Shown: positions 14,194-28,245, counted from the stretch's first letter. The stretch is 64,000 bases of DNA from Octopus bimaculoides (GCF_001194135.2 NC_068997.1:43374341-43438340); one strand, 5' to 3'. Notes: generated from the sequence alone by a model not told the origin. Translations and numbers: made by a program.

Positions 14194-14963
14194 TGTAAAT
14201 ACAAATGGACTTAAACAAGTTTTGCGTAAATTGAACTACGGGTTACCGAGGTACTCAGTTTTTTCAGGTACCTTTATAAATACTTTGAAAGTAAGGTACC
14301 ATTAAAATGTGAACACAAACGGAATAACACCAGTTTCGTGTAAATCAGACCATGGATTCTTGAGATACACGATTTTTGGGGGTACCTTGAACTTTTGCTG
14401 ACCCAATGGGTCACGGGTAGTCTAGTTTCCTTTAAATTTCATCCTGCCACCTAAAATAATGAAGACATACTAGATAATGTGGTTCTAGACATCCCCTAAA
14501 AATCTAAAAAAGACAGGATGGTCTTTTATCATAGGTCTGCTGAATCAAGTTTGACCTTGGGCTAAATGATAATCACATTCTTCTCATTTACCTTCATCTA
14601 TATCACCTGAAAATATAGAAGTTGCATGACAATTTCAATGGTGAAAAGATGACCAAATATATAAACTTATCCAGAACACTGGATTATTTTAAAAGGACTT
14701 TCAGAAACAATAAGCTCAGTCTGTAGCTAGGCATCAATCAGTTGGTTGTACTTCCAGTCATGGTCTTTTTGTCTTTTTATTTTTCCTTCTCTTTTTTTTT
14801 TTTTTTTACCTCTCTCATAGTTCACTTTTTATCAGTTTATGGCAATAGGCATTTCTTCCTATTGCCATTCAGAGCCCAAACCTCCAGCAAATAAACTCTC
14901 TCTCCTAGATGTAGGTAAATGGATCGATAAGTGGATACATACATACATCTCATTTATAAATAT

Positions 14964-15004
<41 letters not shown>

Positions 15005-15835
15005 AACTCTCCCATCAAAGATGATGAGTGTTCATGCACAAATGACTGGGTTATAGTGATCAACTGTATGTGCTGTACATTAGCTCACTCCCTCCATTAG
15101 ATCACCATTGCCTGAACATGCGCATAGTGTACCATATGTCAGGTGTTGAAGTGATAATGTTAGATGAAGTATTTTGCTCAAGAATACAACACACCACTTG
15201 GTCTAGGAATTGAAGCTACGATCTCATGATTGCGAGTACAACACCCTAACCACTAGGCTATGCATCCTCACTATATATATATATATATATACATACATAC
15301 ATGCACAAAGAGAGAGGTGGGGTGAATTTACCTAGTAGTTTGATTATATGGACATACAGCCCACTTCCTTCTGTATACTAATGACCTATTTGTTGTTACT
15401 ACTAACAATGACACACTCCATTCCAACATCAATAATACCTTCCATGATTCCCCATTAATCCTCTGCAAACAGGTGTCAGTCATATGCTATTTTGACAACT
15501 CACACCTGGAAAATACTGTTTTCGATGAATACAGACCTAGAAAACCTCTTGCTATGACAACATAGCAGTCTTAGTTACGCTTACACTGTACATTTAACAC
15601 TATCACTACACACATCAAGAAGACTGTCTTGTACCACAATCTCACTAAACATTGCCAATAGACAATTTAACCCGTTTGTTACCATATTTCTATAGACATA
15701 CACTGTTTTTGTTTCAAATAGTTTTTAAATTAATGAAGGACTTGGGGAAAATATTATTAATCCTCTCGGGTCATGGCCTCTCTGTCTAACATTTCCTTCC
15801 AGCTGGGCGAAAAAATAAATAGTTGCATACACAGC

Positions 15836-16425
15836 TCAAGACCTGGGATGAGATGGTGAAGCACAATTTTCAAACGTCAGGCCTCATAGAGGCAATGACA
15901 AGTAACCAAGACCTTTGGAGATATGCTGTGCTTGAGAAGAGCCAGCAAGCCAAGTGAGATCATAGTGCCACATAACTGGCCCATTTAAGAGTACCCTTCA
16001 ATCGTCGGGCAATATGCTGTGCTTGAGAAGATCTGTCAAGTCAAGTAAAATTGTTGCCATGGTCGATGCCAGTACCACCTGACTGGCACCCGTGCTGGTG
16101 GCATGTAAAAAGTACCATACGAGTGTGGTCGATGCCATTGCTGCCTGACTGGCCCCCGTGCTGGTGACACATAAAAAGTACCCACTACACTCTTGGAGTA
16201 GTTGGTGTTAGGAAGGGTATCCAGCTATAGAAACCTTGCCGGATCAGATTGGAGNNNNNNNNNNACTCTTGGAGTAGTTGGTGTTAGGAAGGGTATCCAG
16301 CTATAGAAACCTTGCCGGATCAGATTGGAGCCTGGTGCCGCCTCCTGGCTTGTCAGTCCTCGGTCAAACCGTCCAACTCCTGCCAGCATGGAAAGCAGAT
16401 GTTAAACGATGATGATGATGATGAT
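15836..16425 (+). mobile_element. RTE LINE 3' fragment (family B1)
   Basis: KTWDEMVKH...DLWRYAVLEKSQQAK* followed by the same 3' UTR as 31040 and a (GAT)n tail. Confidence 0.8.
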
Positions 16426-18047
16426 ATACACACATATAGGCAAAATCATTAGAACATTAGACAAAACACTTTGTAGTATTTGTTTTATCTCTTTACATGC
16501 TGAGTTCAGTTCCTCTTGCAATCAACTTAATCTTTCTGAGAGTGATAAAATACTTGTCAAGTGCTGGGGTACAACCATCTCCTTTTCCAGTTGTTGCGTT
16601 TTAGTTTTTTCCAATAGGTCGAGGGTGGGAGTGTCGAGCAGGTGTGTGTACATGAACACTTGAAAAGCATTGAGCAAAAAAGTATAATACATGCTGATGT
16701 CAGATTATATTCAATTACGCATGGCAGCCACATTATGTGTGTGTGTGTGTGTGTGTGATAAGTTGACGTTTTTATAAAGTATTTAAATTCACATAGAGTA
16801 TATGTTAGTCTGTTTATCTCCTATAGAAACATGATAATTTGACTCAGTGGTTTATATGATTCACTCATCCATTATAGCACATAGATATATATGCAAATGT
16901 GATAAGTGATTTTTTTCACTTTCCATGTTTAGACAATCCACTGAGAGAACTACCATATGGCTGCATGACCTGTTAGAAATATCAGCTAAATGTGTCTCAA
17001 ACCATAGTCAGCCATTTTAAAAAAAATAAAAATGACTGTTTGAAATAAAAAGAAATACTGGATGACCCACAATATGAACATATTTGATAACAGAACTGTT
17101 CATTCAACACTGGCTTGAGGTTAAACTACCATAATGATAGATTTTGGAGGTTGTGACACACGATGATGTCCCAATGATCATTAGAGTGTGCTTGAAACAG
17201 CTTCAATACACACACACACACACACACTCATTCTGTCTTCCAGGTTTCAAATAAATTTCAACAGTTCTATTGTTAGAACAGTTTTCATTAAGAACCAGCC
17301 TAAAATTTTACAGTTCACACATATTCAGAGATTAGATGGTGCCAACAGCTGCTGGGTTTATGTATAATTTATACAAGAAATACGGTGCTAATGGTTATGG
17401 TGACATTCATGATGATGGTGGTAGTAGTAGCAGCAGCAGTAGTAGTAGTAGTGGTGGTGGTGGTGGTGAGGGTGATTGAAACAGTAAATTTAAAGCTAAA
17501 TTACAACAAACACGTTAACATTGAGGGAATAATAATATTGATTTCTTTGATCTTGGCATAAAGCCATTTTATTTTTATTCATTTATATTTATCGAATTGA
17601 ACTCCGTCTCCTGTGGCACATTGCTAGCTGTTAACTTATCGATTGGGGATGAGAGATGAAAGCCAGATTCTACCCTGGCAGTTTTTGAACTCGGAACGTT
17701 CCGAAGAATAAAACTAAACATTAATCTCGTTTTGTCTACTACTTCAAGCCAATTCCACTGCTCTGTCTCAAGTATTACATACATTTGTAGTGGCACAGTA
17801 GTAGGACAGACGCCAATATTTATAGGAAAAAGTAGTACAGACAGCTGTATTGACTGGCTCTCCATAGATAGGTGCAGGTGTGGCTGTGTGGTTAGAAGCT
17901 TGATTCCCAACCAGATGTGTCAGGTTCAGTCCCACTACATGACACCTTGGGCAGGTGTTTTCTATAGTTCTGAGCCATCCAAAGCCTTGTGAGTAGGCTT
18001 GGTAGATGGAAACTGAAGGAAGCTCATCATGTGGTCATGATATATAT

Positions 18048-18452
18048 ACTCTTTTACTTGTTTCAGTTATTTGACTGCGGCCATGCTGGAGCACCGCCTT
18101 TGGTCGAGCAAATTGACCCCAGGACTTATTCTTTGGAAGCCTAGTACTTATTCTATCGGTCTCTTTTGCTGAACCGCTAAGTCACGGGGACGTAAACACA
18201 CCAGCATCGGTTATCAAGCGATGCTGGGGGGACAAACACAGACACACAAACACAGACACACAAACACATACACGCACATACATATATACATATATACGAC
18301 GGGCTTCTTTCAGTTTCCGTCTACCAAATCCACTCACAAGGCTTTGGTCAGCCCGAGGCTATAGTAGAAGACACTTGCCCATGGTGCCACGCAGTGGGAA
18401 TGAACCCGGAACCATGTGGTTGGTAAGCAAGCTACTTACCACACAGCCACTC
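18048..18452 (-). mobile_element. SINE family A, complete copy
   Basis: Reverse complement of the 62630 consensus with high identity. Confidence 0.85.
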
Positions 18453-18728
18453 ATATATATATATATATATATGTGTGTGTGTTTATTACTGTTTCCTTAT
18501 CTTGGCATGACATGATAGTTGTTAACGAGTGTCTCCATCATTCAAACAGTGTGATTCATTTCCAATCTTCTGTGAAAACATGTCTGATCTTAGGAAAATA
18601 CTACCTTACCTGGAAACAAGTGGGTGGGGTTAGAGGAGGGACATCTGGCTGCAGGAAACCCACCTCAAGTTCAACCTGACACATGCAAGCATGGAAAAGT
18701 GGATGTTAAAGGGATGATGATAATGATA

Positions 18729-18773
<45 letters not shown>

Positions 18774-18879
18774 ACAGAACCTTTACATGGTTGCTCAACC
18801 AGCTTGAGATATTAGCCAAATGGTCATGTTTAAGATACTTTGATCTTAAGCTAACCTTGGGATTAAACAATTTGCCATT

Positions 18880-19290
18880 TTTTATCATCGTTTAACGTCC
18901 GCTTTCCATGCTAGCATGGGTTGGACGATTTGACTGAGGACTGGTGAAACCTGATGGCTGCACCAGGCTTCAATCTGATTTGGCAGAGTTTCTACTGCTA
19001 GATGCCTTCCTGACGCCAACCACTCCGAGAGTGTTGTGGGTGCTTTTATGTGTCACCGGCACGAAGGCCAGTCAGGCGGTACTAGCAGCGGCCACGCTCA
19101 AAATGGTGTATTTTACGTGCCACCCGCACAAGAGCCAGTCCAGGGGCACTGGCAATGATCTCGCTCGAAAGTCCTTACACATGCTGCGGCCACAAGTGCT
19201 AGAAAGGCGACGCTGGGCACAGGTGCCATCACGATTTCGCTTGCCCAACAGGTCTTCGCAAGCTGAGTTTCGTGTCCACGGGGATGAGTG
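18880..19290 (-). mobile_element. RTE 3' UTR copy (B1). Other short copies at ~27757-28000(+), 28750-28920(-), 29630-29960(-), 40642-40830(-), 46352-46562(-), 47975-48135(+), 51935-52130(-)
   Basis: Shared catcatttaac.tcc..ttccatgct.gcatgggttgga...ggatgcccttcctaa..ccaaccac consensus. Confidence 0.75.
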
Positions 19291-19690
19291 AACAGAAGCT
19301 GGGAGAGCTGGTCCCTAACTAGTCTGAAAGTACAGGATTGAATCAGCCTCTAAAGGATCTGAAGCTGGAGCTTATACAAATGAAAATCTATATACTGTAA
19401 GACTGTACCTGGTTTGTTTTATATCACAGACTACCACCACTGCTAATAACTGTTCTCTGCCATAGGACTAGAGTTGGCAGGGTAAAGTGGTCTATCTTTT
19501 TGCTGTACATGTTTCAGTCATTGAACTGCAGCCTTGCTAGGGCACCACCTTAAAGGGTTTAGTCGAGCAAATCAGTTTTTAAGTTTGGTACCTATTCTAT
19601 CAATGTCTTTTGCGAAACTGCTAAATTATAGGGGCGGGGCACAAACAAACCAACAATGCTTATCAAGTGGTGGAAGAAGATAAACAGAGA

Positions 19691-19766
<76 letters not shown>

Positions 19767-21393
19767 GGATTTCCACATATGTCCATATATCAAATTTCAC
19801 TCAGAAGACACTAGTCAGCCCAGGGCTTTAGAAGATGCTTGCCCTATAGTGGGACTGAACTCAAAACCACATTGCTGCAGAGCAAGCCTCTTAACCATAC
19901 AACCATGCCTTATCATTGAAAACCAGGTTTATTACTAGGAAGATTGCCATCTATGTAATTTTTAACATCAGCTCTTTAGTAACACTGGCCCAGCAGTAAT
20001 CCTATGACAGCCACAACAGCTACAGAATATGTTTTGGAATATGTTATTTTACAGATTTCGATCTTAGATGACAACCCTCCTCCCTTCTCCCACTCTTAGA
20101 ATATGACAATTTCCAGTTGACATTTTTTTGTCATATCATTGTATGTTTACACATAAACATGTATTTTAAAACTAAATTCTTTAAAATTTTAAATTACATG
20201 TATGTGTAATTGGTATTTGTTGTTTTAGCTCTGAGTTTGCTCTGAATGAGAGGACTTGTGGTTTCAAAAGAGTTCCATTTGTGACCATCCTCCTTTTTTT
20301 TAAATATCTAGGCCAAGACTACATTATTCATTGTTACCATATCTCTTTTTAAAAAACAGTTGTGTGTGAATTGAGGGAGATTTAGTTGCTACTTCTACCA
20401 GAACTCACAACCACATTGCCTCAGTTGTGTGTGTGTGTGTAATAAGTAGAATTACAAAGTCATACAGAAAGGTTGTGTACAGCTAGTCACTACTGAAACG
20501 ATTCTATCTGATTGTACTTTTACCAATCACAGATGAGTGCAGTCAGCTTGGTATCTATGTCCATAGATGTGTTGTAAACAGGCATTGTGTGTGTGTGCAG
20601 AAATTAATACACACACACACATTGTCAGTGAGTAGCTGTAGACTAGTTAGTGTAATTACTGATGAAAGTGGTAGTGGGAAGTTGGAGGATGTCTTTTACA
20701 TATGACACTTGTAATACTTGTCTCGTCATTAGCTTCCTTAGCTTGGCTGTACTGCACTATGTGTATGTCTGTGTCTTTGAACATGTTTGCATGTGTGTGT
20801 GTGTGTGTGTGTCAGTAGAGGTGAAATAAGGTATAAAATAATGCGGAAAAAGTAGAAAATGTCTAGCTGACTGAAAAATATGTGCATTATACATCTGTTA
20901 TTATTAAACAGCAGCAGAATATAGCAGTTACTGGTTGTGGTTATTTTCACCAATATGGTGGTGGTGGTGGTGGTGGTGGTGATGGTGGGTCACCAATGAA
21001 AATTTGACTGATTCCAGTCGTATTTGTGTGTGTGTTTATGTGAAGTTGTTGGTTAGTTGGGTGGACGTTGTGGAAAAAGTGTGAACAGTTGAAAAATGTA
21101 GAAAAGGTTTTAGTGGTGGGGAGGTCATGAAGATGTTCACAGAGTAATTCTTAATAGAATTGAACCTTGTGTTAAGACTGAATCCTTTCTAGGCACAAGG
21201 CCTGAAATTTTGGAGGAGGTGGGGTTAAGTCGATTACATCAACCCCAGTACTCAACTGGTACTTAATTTATTGACCTCAAAATGATGAAAGGCAAAGTCA
21301 ACCTTGGCAGAATTTGAACTCAGAATGCAAAGATGGACAAAATGCCTGAAAGCATTTTGCCTGGTGTGCTAAAGATTCTACCAGTTCACTGTC

Positions 21394-21394
<1 letters not shown>

Positions 21395-21430
<36 letters not shown>

Positions 21431-21592
21431 TAATCATCATCATCATCATCATCATCATCACCATCACCATCACCACCACCATCATCACCATCATCACCAC
21501 CATCTCCATCACCACCATCTCCATCACCACCATCTCCATCAACATCATCATCATCATCACCATCATCACCACCACCACCACCATCATCGTCA
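21395..21592 (+). repeat. Compound microsatellite (AAT)n(CAT/CAC)n
   Basis: Visible directly; source of the spurious poly-N/poly-H ORF. Confidence 0.95.
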
Positions 21593-22867
21593 TGTTCTCA
21601 CTGCACTGATGCTGTACCAGGCACAGACTCTCATGACTTCTGATCTTAACTGATTGGAAGTGTTATCATGTACATTGTTTTCTCTTGGTATAAAAGATGG
21701 GCTACAGCAAATATTCTGCTCAATACCATAGATTTGTTTGTCAGTTGCTTGATCTTAACCAGTTGAGCATGTCCCTTGGTGGCTGATGATATGTGCATCC
21801 CTGATCATGGGCAGAAGTAGTGGGGGAACATCATAGCCATGCGTTGTGAGGAATTCTTTGGGGTTTGAATAATTCACCTCTGGAAACATGGGTGTTTCAT
21901 TCATCATCCTTAAAACAAACCTTATTCAGGGACCTTTTGAGCAGAACGGGCTACTCGACTTGAAGAAAATTCTAACTGAGCCCCACCTGCAAGGTCATGT
22001 GCTGTTTATCTTGGTATGAGATCACCATGTCATGCACATATGGTTGTGGTTCATGTGCCTGGTGTACCCTTGTCAGAAGAGTAGTCATGATGGGTATATT
22101 GCGCTTCGTATATTTGTATCCCTGTGTCACTTTGATGGCATGCATTGCTCTCACTCACACAATAGTAATAATAGTAATAATTTTTTCAGCTCTAGGCACA
22201 AGGCCAATAGTTTTGAAGTGAAAGGATGTCAATTATATCAACCCCAGTACTTGACTGGTACATATTTTATTGACCCTAAAAGCGTGAAAGGCAAAGTTGA
22301 CCTTGGCAGGATTTGAACTCAGAGCATAAAGAGCCTGAAGAAATTCCACTTAACATTTTGTCCAACATGTTAGCAGTTGTGGTAGCTCACTGCCTCAATA
22401 GTAATAATTTCAAAAATAGACACAGGGTTTCCAGTTTAAATGAGAGAATGCAGTGAATTAACTTAACCTCCAGTACACAGTTATGTTATTTGTTAAAACC
22501 TCTTTATCTTCTCTCTGGAAAGGTGAAAGTTAAATTTGGTCTTAATAAAATTTGAACTGGGATGTAGGGACACAAGTAAAAAACTATAAAGGATTTTGTC
22601 TGATGTTGTACCAATTCTGCCACCACCACCACCACAACAACAGCAATAATAATACTTTCAAATTCTGGCTCAAGGCCAGCGAGTTCAGGGGAAGTAGGTA
22701 AGTTGATCATATCAACCCTCAGTACTCAACTAGTATTTATTTTATCGACCCTGAAAGGATGAAAGGCAAAGTCAACCTTGACGGAATTTGAACTTGGAAT
22801 GTAAAGACAGACAAAATAACTCTAAACATTTTTCCCAACATGCTAACAATTCTGCCAGCCTGCCACC

Positions 22868-22949
<82 letters not shown>

Positions 22950-22960
22950 TAATAATAAAT
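22868..22960 (+). repeat. (AAT)n microsatellite
   Basis: Visible directly. Many other (CA)n, (TA)n, (CT)n, (ATT)n and (CAT)n tracts occur across the window, plus (ACTC)n at ~28377-28432. Confidence 0.95.
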
Positions 22961-25090
22961 AATGTAAGAGGAAAAAATCTAAATAATACTTTACTGTTAT
23001 TAAATGGCCTAGATATTTGAAAGAATAACACTATTGTGCTGGTGATGGAACAGGGTGTATGATATAATAATTATACAGACTGCACCTATAGTGAGATGAA
23101 AAGTTTATAACTGAAGTGGTATAGTAAGTTGGGATGTCATTAATGAGGAGTGGAGGCCACAAGACCGTTGGATCTGCAATACTAAACTTCCCCCTCTCCT
23201 AATATGAAAAACACATCCAAAACGTTTGAAAAATATAAGCATAATCTGTCTTAGGTGGGCACTGCTATATAATCTGTCCTTGGCAGGCACTGTGATAGAT
23301 ATAATCTGTCCCACATGGTCATTGTTATAGATATAGTCTGTCCTAGTGAATATTTTATATAGTAAGACAATTTTACAAAAGCACCCTATGTATCTGTCTC
23401 CCTCACAATTATTTAATCACCTTAATTGTGTTTTTGCCCATCAATGATGGTCTGTCTGATGTTAACGTTGTTATATGCAGTTTGTATTATGTGGAGACTT
23501 ACATCTTTATAGGCACTGTTGTATTGTCTATCCTATGTGGACATAATTTCTCCTTTAGTCAGATACTGTTGTTTACAGTCTGTCTTACACAGATACATTT
23601 ATAAAATGTCCCATGCACTTCTCTCCCTCTCAAATATTTAATCACCTTCCTCCTATTTTCGTTTGTCAATGACGAATCATTGATATGTAAAAACATCTGG
23701 CTTTTTTTTTTTTTTTGCTCCTTTTGCCCTTGTCATCATCTCTCTTTTTCTTTGTCATCATTTACCTACTTCTTCACCATTATTTATCTTCTTAGCTGCC
23801 ATTCATTTTCATTATCGTCTGTTTTCCTCTTTTGTCACCTAAAATAATGTAGTCTCTGAAAATACAAAAATACAGGTTAGTCAATACTAGTACACCTTTG
23901 ATTACATGTCTGCTCAATCAGTGTCATCTTTGGACTAGACTGCAACAACATTTATATTTAGAGATCTGACTTACTATTTTTTACTTCTCTTTTGTATTAC
24001 TCACCCTTATTTCAAGAAACCGTTTGCCTGTCAGGTCTTACTCCAGTTCCATTACCACTTTACTTATTACCATTTTCCCAAATAATTCACAAAAATCAAT
24101 AAAATAAATAAGAAAAAAAATAACATTTAGTTCTGGAATGCCATTTCAAGAGTTATTTACAAAAATAAACAACTATTCAGTAGTTATGGAATGTGGGATT
24201 ATTATTATCGTCATTATTATTATTAATAATAATAATAACATAGCACTGGTTCTGGTTCTGGTATAATTCCCTATGGGTTAATTATTACTGAAACACTACT
24301 GCTTCTATAATTTCTTCAAATTATATTGAAAATACAAACAAAATCTCTCTCTCTCTCTCTCTCATTAACACAGGAATTTTTGCTAAGTTTTGTAACTTCT
24401 GATGCTTGTTTATGATGATGATGATGATGGGGTAGTGGTGGCGGCAAAATTGAAGTGATTGTAGATACAGCAATCTCTTGTGTTGTAGAAAGGTTGTATT
24501 CCTAAAAGCTTTGCTGTAATGAGGGAATTCTATAAAGCAACATCTATTTCCCTATTGATTTCCATGCAATAAATCGTGATGCATTCCTGTGTAAATTCTT
24601 GGAATAAATAAACAAAAAAACAAAAAACAAAAACCAATGCCAGTACTTGTATAACCATAACTAAAATATCTGAAACACGAGGAATCCTTGTGTATTGAGG
24701 ATGATGACGATGATGATGATGGCAATAGTGATGGTAGTGATGATGATGACAATAATGGTTAATGACAGTGATTCTACTTCCTCAACTGTTGTATCTATAA
24801 TGTTATTCTTTTGTAAGTTTTTATCATTTAGTTGGCAGAGAAGGGCTCTACCCATCACTTTTTGCAGAACATTTGTGCTGCACTTGGGAGCAGTTTGTTT
24901 TGCATCCCCTTTTTTTTTTTTCCATGCTAGCATCGGTTGAACAAATACATATTATCGAGACATTATTTTATAGTCAAATGCCTCCTCCACCTNNNNNNNN
25001 NNNNNNNNNNNNNNNNNNNNNNNNNNNNNNNNNNNNNNNNNNNNNNNNAATTGAAATCTACAGAAAAACAAAAGATGAAAACAGGTGTAT

Positions 25091-25137
<47 letters not shown>

Positions 25138-26780
25138 CACTAGTTTCATAAATGGCAATGCACAAAACTCTTGGCTTTTGAGTCACACTGTTGCTTCTGC
25201 TAAATATTAATAAAAATATATATGTATATATATACATATATACACATATATTGAGTTCTATTTTTCCCGTTTGCATCACCATACCTATACATATACTCTT
25301 TTACTTGTTTCAGTCATTTGACTGCGGCCATGCTGGAGCATCGCCTTTAGTCGAGAGAATCGACCCCAGGACTTATTCTTTGTAAGCCTAGTACTTATTC
25401 TATCGGTCTCTTTTTGCCAAACCGCTAAGTTACAGGGACGTAAACACACCAGCATTGGTTGTTAAGCAATGGTAGGGGGACAAACACAGACACACACACA
25501 CACATATATATATATACATATACACGACGGGCTTCTTTCAGTTTCCGTCTACCAAAGCCTTGTGAGTGGATTTGGTAGACGGAAACTGAAAGAAGCCCGT
25601 NNNNNNNNNNNNNNNNNNNNNNNNNNNNNNNNNNNNNNNNNNNNNNNNNNNNNNNNNNNNNNNNNNNNNNNNNNNNNNNNNNNNNNNNNNNNNNNNNNNN
25701 NNNNNNNNNNNNNNNNNNNNNNNNNNNNNNNNNNNNNNNNNNNNNNNNNNNNNNNNNNNNNNNNNNNNNNNNNNNNNNNNNNNNNNNNNNNNNNNNNNNN
25801 NNNNNNNNNNNNNNNNNNNNNNNNNNNNNNNNNNNNNNNNNNNNNNNNNNNNNNNNNNNNNNNNNNNNNNNNNNNNNNNNNNNNNNNNNNNNNNNNNNNN
25901 NNNNNNNNNNNNNNNNNNNNNNNNNNNNNNNNNNNNNNNNNNNNNNNNNNNNNNNNNNNNNNNNNNNNNNNNNNNNNNNNNNNNNNNNNNNNNNNNNNNN
26001 NNNNNNNNNNNNNNNNNNNNNNNNNNNNNNNNNNNNNNNNNNNNNNNNNNNNNNNNNNNNNNNNNNNNNNNNNNNNNNNNNNNNNNNNNNNNNNNNNNNN
26101 NNNNNNNNNNNNNNNNNNNNNNNNNNNNNNNNNNNNNNNNNNNNNNNNNNNNNNNNNNNNNNNNNNNNNNNNNNNNNNNNNNNNNNNNNNNNNNNNNNNN
26201 NNNNNNNNNNNNNNNNNNNNNNNNNNNNNNNNNNNNNNNNNNNNNNNNNNNNNNNNNNNNNNNNNNNNNNNNNNNNNNNNNNNNNNNNNNNNNNNNNNNN
26301 NNNNNNNNNNNNNNNNNNNNNNNNNNNNNNNNNNNNNNNNNNNNNNNNNNNNNNNNNNNNNNNNNNNNNNNNNNNNNNNNNNNNNNNNNNNNNNNNNNNN
26401 NNNNNNNNNNNNNNNNNNNNNNNNNNNNNNNNNNNNNNNNNNNNNNNNNNNNNNNNNNNNNNNNNNNNNNNNNNNNNNNNNNNNNNNNNNNNNNNNNNNN
26501 NNNNNNNNNNNNNNNNNNNNNNNNNNNNNNNNNNNNNNNNNNNNNNNNNNNNNNNNNNNNNNNNNNNTTCTCACAGTTTATATTTATATTTCAAGGTTTT
26601 TAACTTTTAAATTTGTATATTTAAAATAGATAGAAACTTCAAACTCGATATATCCAAGATCGATTTATTTACCACTCTATGTCAACATTTCTGTGCCCAA
26701 ACTTATCCAGTGACTGGTCCATTGGATTTCGACATTTGGCACTTCTTCTATATATATATAGCTTTATATATCTTTATATT

Positions 26781-26802
26781 TTCCTTAACTTTTTTATTAC
26801 AG
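26781..26802 (+). promoter_or_regulatory. U12-type branch site and 3' splice site
   Basis: TTCCTTAAC at 26781-26789, ending 13 nt before the intron end at 26802; matches the U12 branch consensus and its usual spacing. Confidence 0.9.
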
Positions 26803-27021
26803 TACATGATCATTTTGTTTCTTCTGTTCCTCATCCAGTTTTCTCTAGCTTGTGCATGTCTCGCTATGAATGATGCTCAGAAAGACTCTCTTGCAATTAG
26901 GGGATGGAAACTTGCTGGTAACAAGACTCGCTACGATGTGCAGTATGTGTTTAACTGTTGTGGACTCCAGGTAGTAAATGCACCAGTCTTATTGAACACA
27001 GGACACCCAGTGTGTAGTGGA
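26803..27021 (+). CDS. TSPAN13/31: Tetraspanin TSPAN13/31-like, coding exon 3 (TM3 and first part of EC2 with CCG motif)
   Basis: Acceptor ttattacAG at 26801-26802. 219 nt / 73 codons: YMIILFLLFLIQFSLACACLAMNDAQK...VFNCCGLQ...HPVCSG. Donor GTGAGT at 27022. Phase 0 at both ends. Confidence 0.95.
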
Positions 27022-28245
27022 GTGAGTATCATTTGTCTTTCACTTGTTTCTGTATCTCTACTTTTTCCTTTTTAAAACTTTATATTCTTGTCAATGGCTG
27101 AGTACCATGTGTTCCAAAGAAAGAACCCTTATGCGCTTGCTTGACCTGCTGGAAACAGCAGCCAAATTTCCCTCAGATCACAAGCCCAACCACTTAAAAA
27201 AGAAGGTAGGTTGTATAATATAGTCCTAGATACAATGTCTGAAAAGAGTGGGAATGGTCAAGTAAAAGAGAGGAAAGAATATTTAATCCGACCATATCCA
27301 GCCCAGATATCCTAGCTGTTTTATGTTAAATGTGACAGATCCATCCTCTCACACATACCCTACATTGCCATTCAATACCAAAATATATACAAACATACCA
27401 TTGAAATCTTGAAGCAACAGTGTGAATAAATTTGATGAAATAAATCTAAATGCTAAAAAGTTCAACAAAACTGGATCAAACTAAATTACTTAGTCTAGGA
27501 TTTTACTATGTTTGCTTAATATAGTTCTTTACTATATTTAGTAACTAAATTGCAGTTTTTCATCATTATCATTGAATTTTAATTGTGGAGGGATAGACCC
27601 AGGAAGGTGTGGAACGAAGTGGATCTTCAAGCACTGGACTTCACTGAGAAAGTGACAAGGGACCAGGAGTTGTGGCGGCGATTTGCTGTACTTGAGAAGA
27701 CACATCAAACTAACTAAAATCGCATACATCCATACGTACAGGCTTGTCTTTTACAGATACTGGTGCTATGTAAAATGCACTCATGTCAGTGCTACATAAA
27801 CACACCCATGCCAGTGACACATAGAAAGCCCCCAGCACACTCTATAAAGTGGTTGGCATTAGGAAGGGCATCTAACTATAGAAACCATGTTACAACTGGC
27901 AATTGGAGTCTGGTCAGCTCTCCAACTGACCAGCTCCTGTCAAACTGTCCAACCTATGCCTGCATGGAAAACAGATATTAAACAATGACGATCATCATCA
28001 CCTTATCTTTATATCTGTTTTTCTTATGCATCATGAGTTAGATGAGATTTATTGAGGCAGCCTTCTCTGTTCTAGATGCTTTACCAGTTTGATTCCAAAT
28101 AAGGTATTTATTCCTTTGGTTTTTATGACAAGCCATAAAATGACCTGACATGCTTTTAAAGCAGGTATAAACAATGGTACCATCTGACCAGTGTTATTGA
28201 TTCATGTGTTAATTGCATCAACAATATCAGGACACAGGTGTGAAG

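Noticed and set aside
16190-16330. Direct duplication flanking a 10-N gap (also 31765-31955)
   Set aside because: Typical unmerged contig overlap; an assembly artefact.
21333-21653. Poly-Asn/poly-His ORF
   Set aside because: Translation of an (AAT)n(CAT)n microsatellite fused to SINE sequence.
23260-23660. Loose ~30-nt recurring motif (ATA.TCTGTCC)
   Set aside because: Too degenerate to define units; probably an old minisatellite.
25469-26629. Long ORFs here and at 7657-8017, 13287-14175, 28156-28628, 47425-47936
   Set aside because: They run through N gaps and are not real reading frames.
26971-26976. Possible internal donor CAG|GTAGTA in exon 3
   Set aside because: Weaker than GTGAGT at 27022, and its use would delete a Cys and leave an odd number in EC2.
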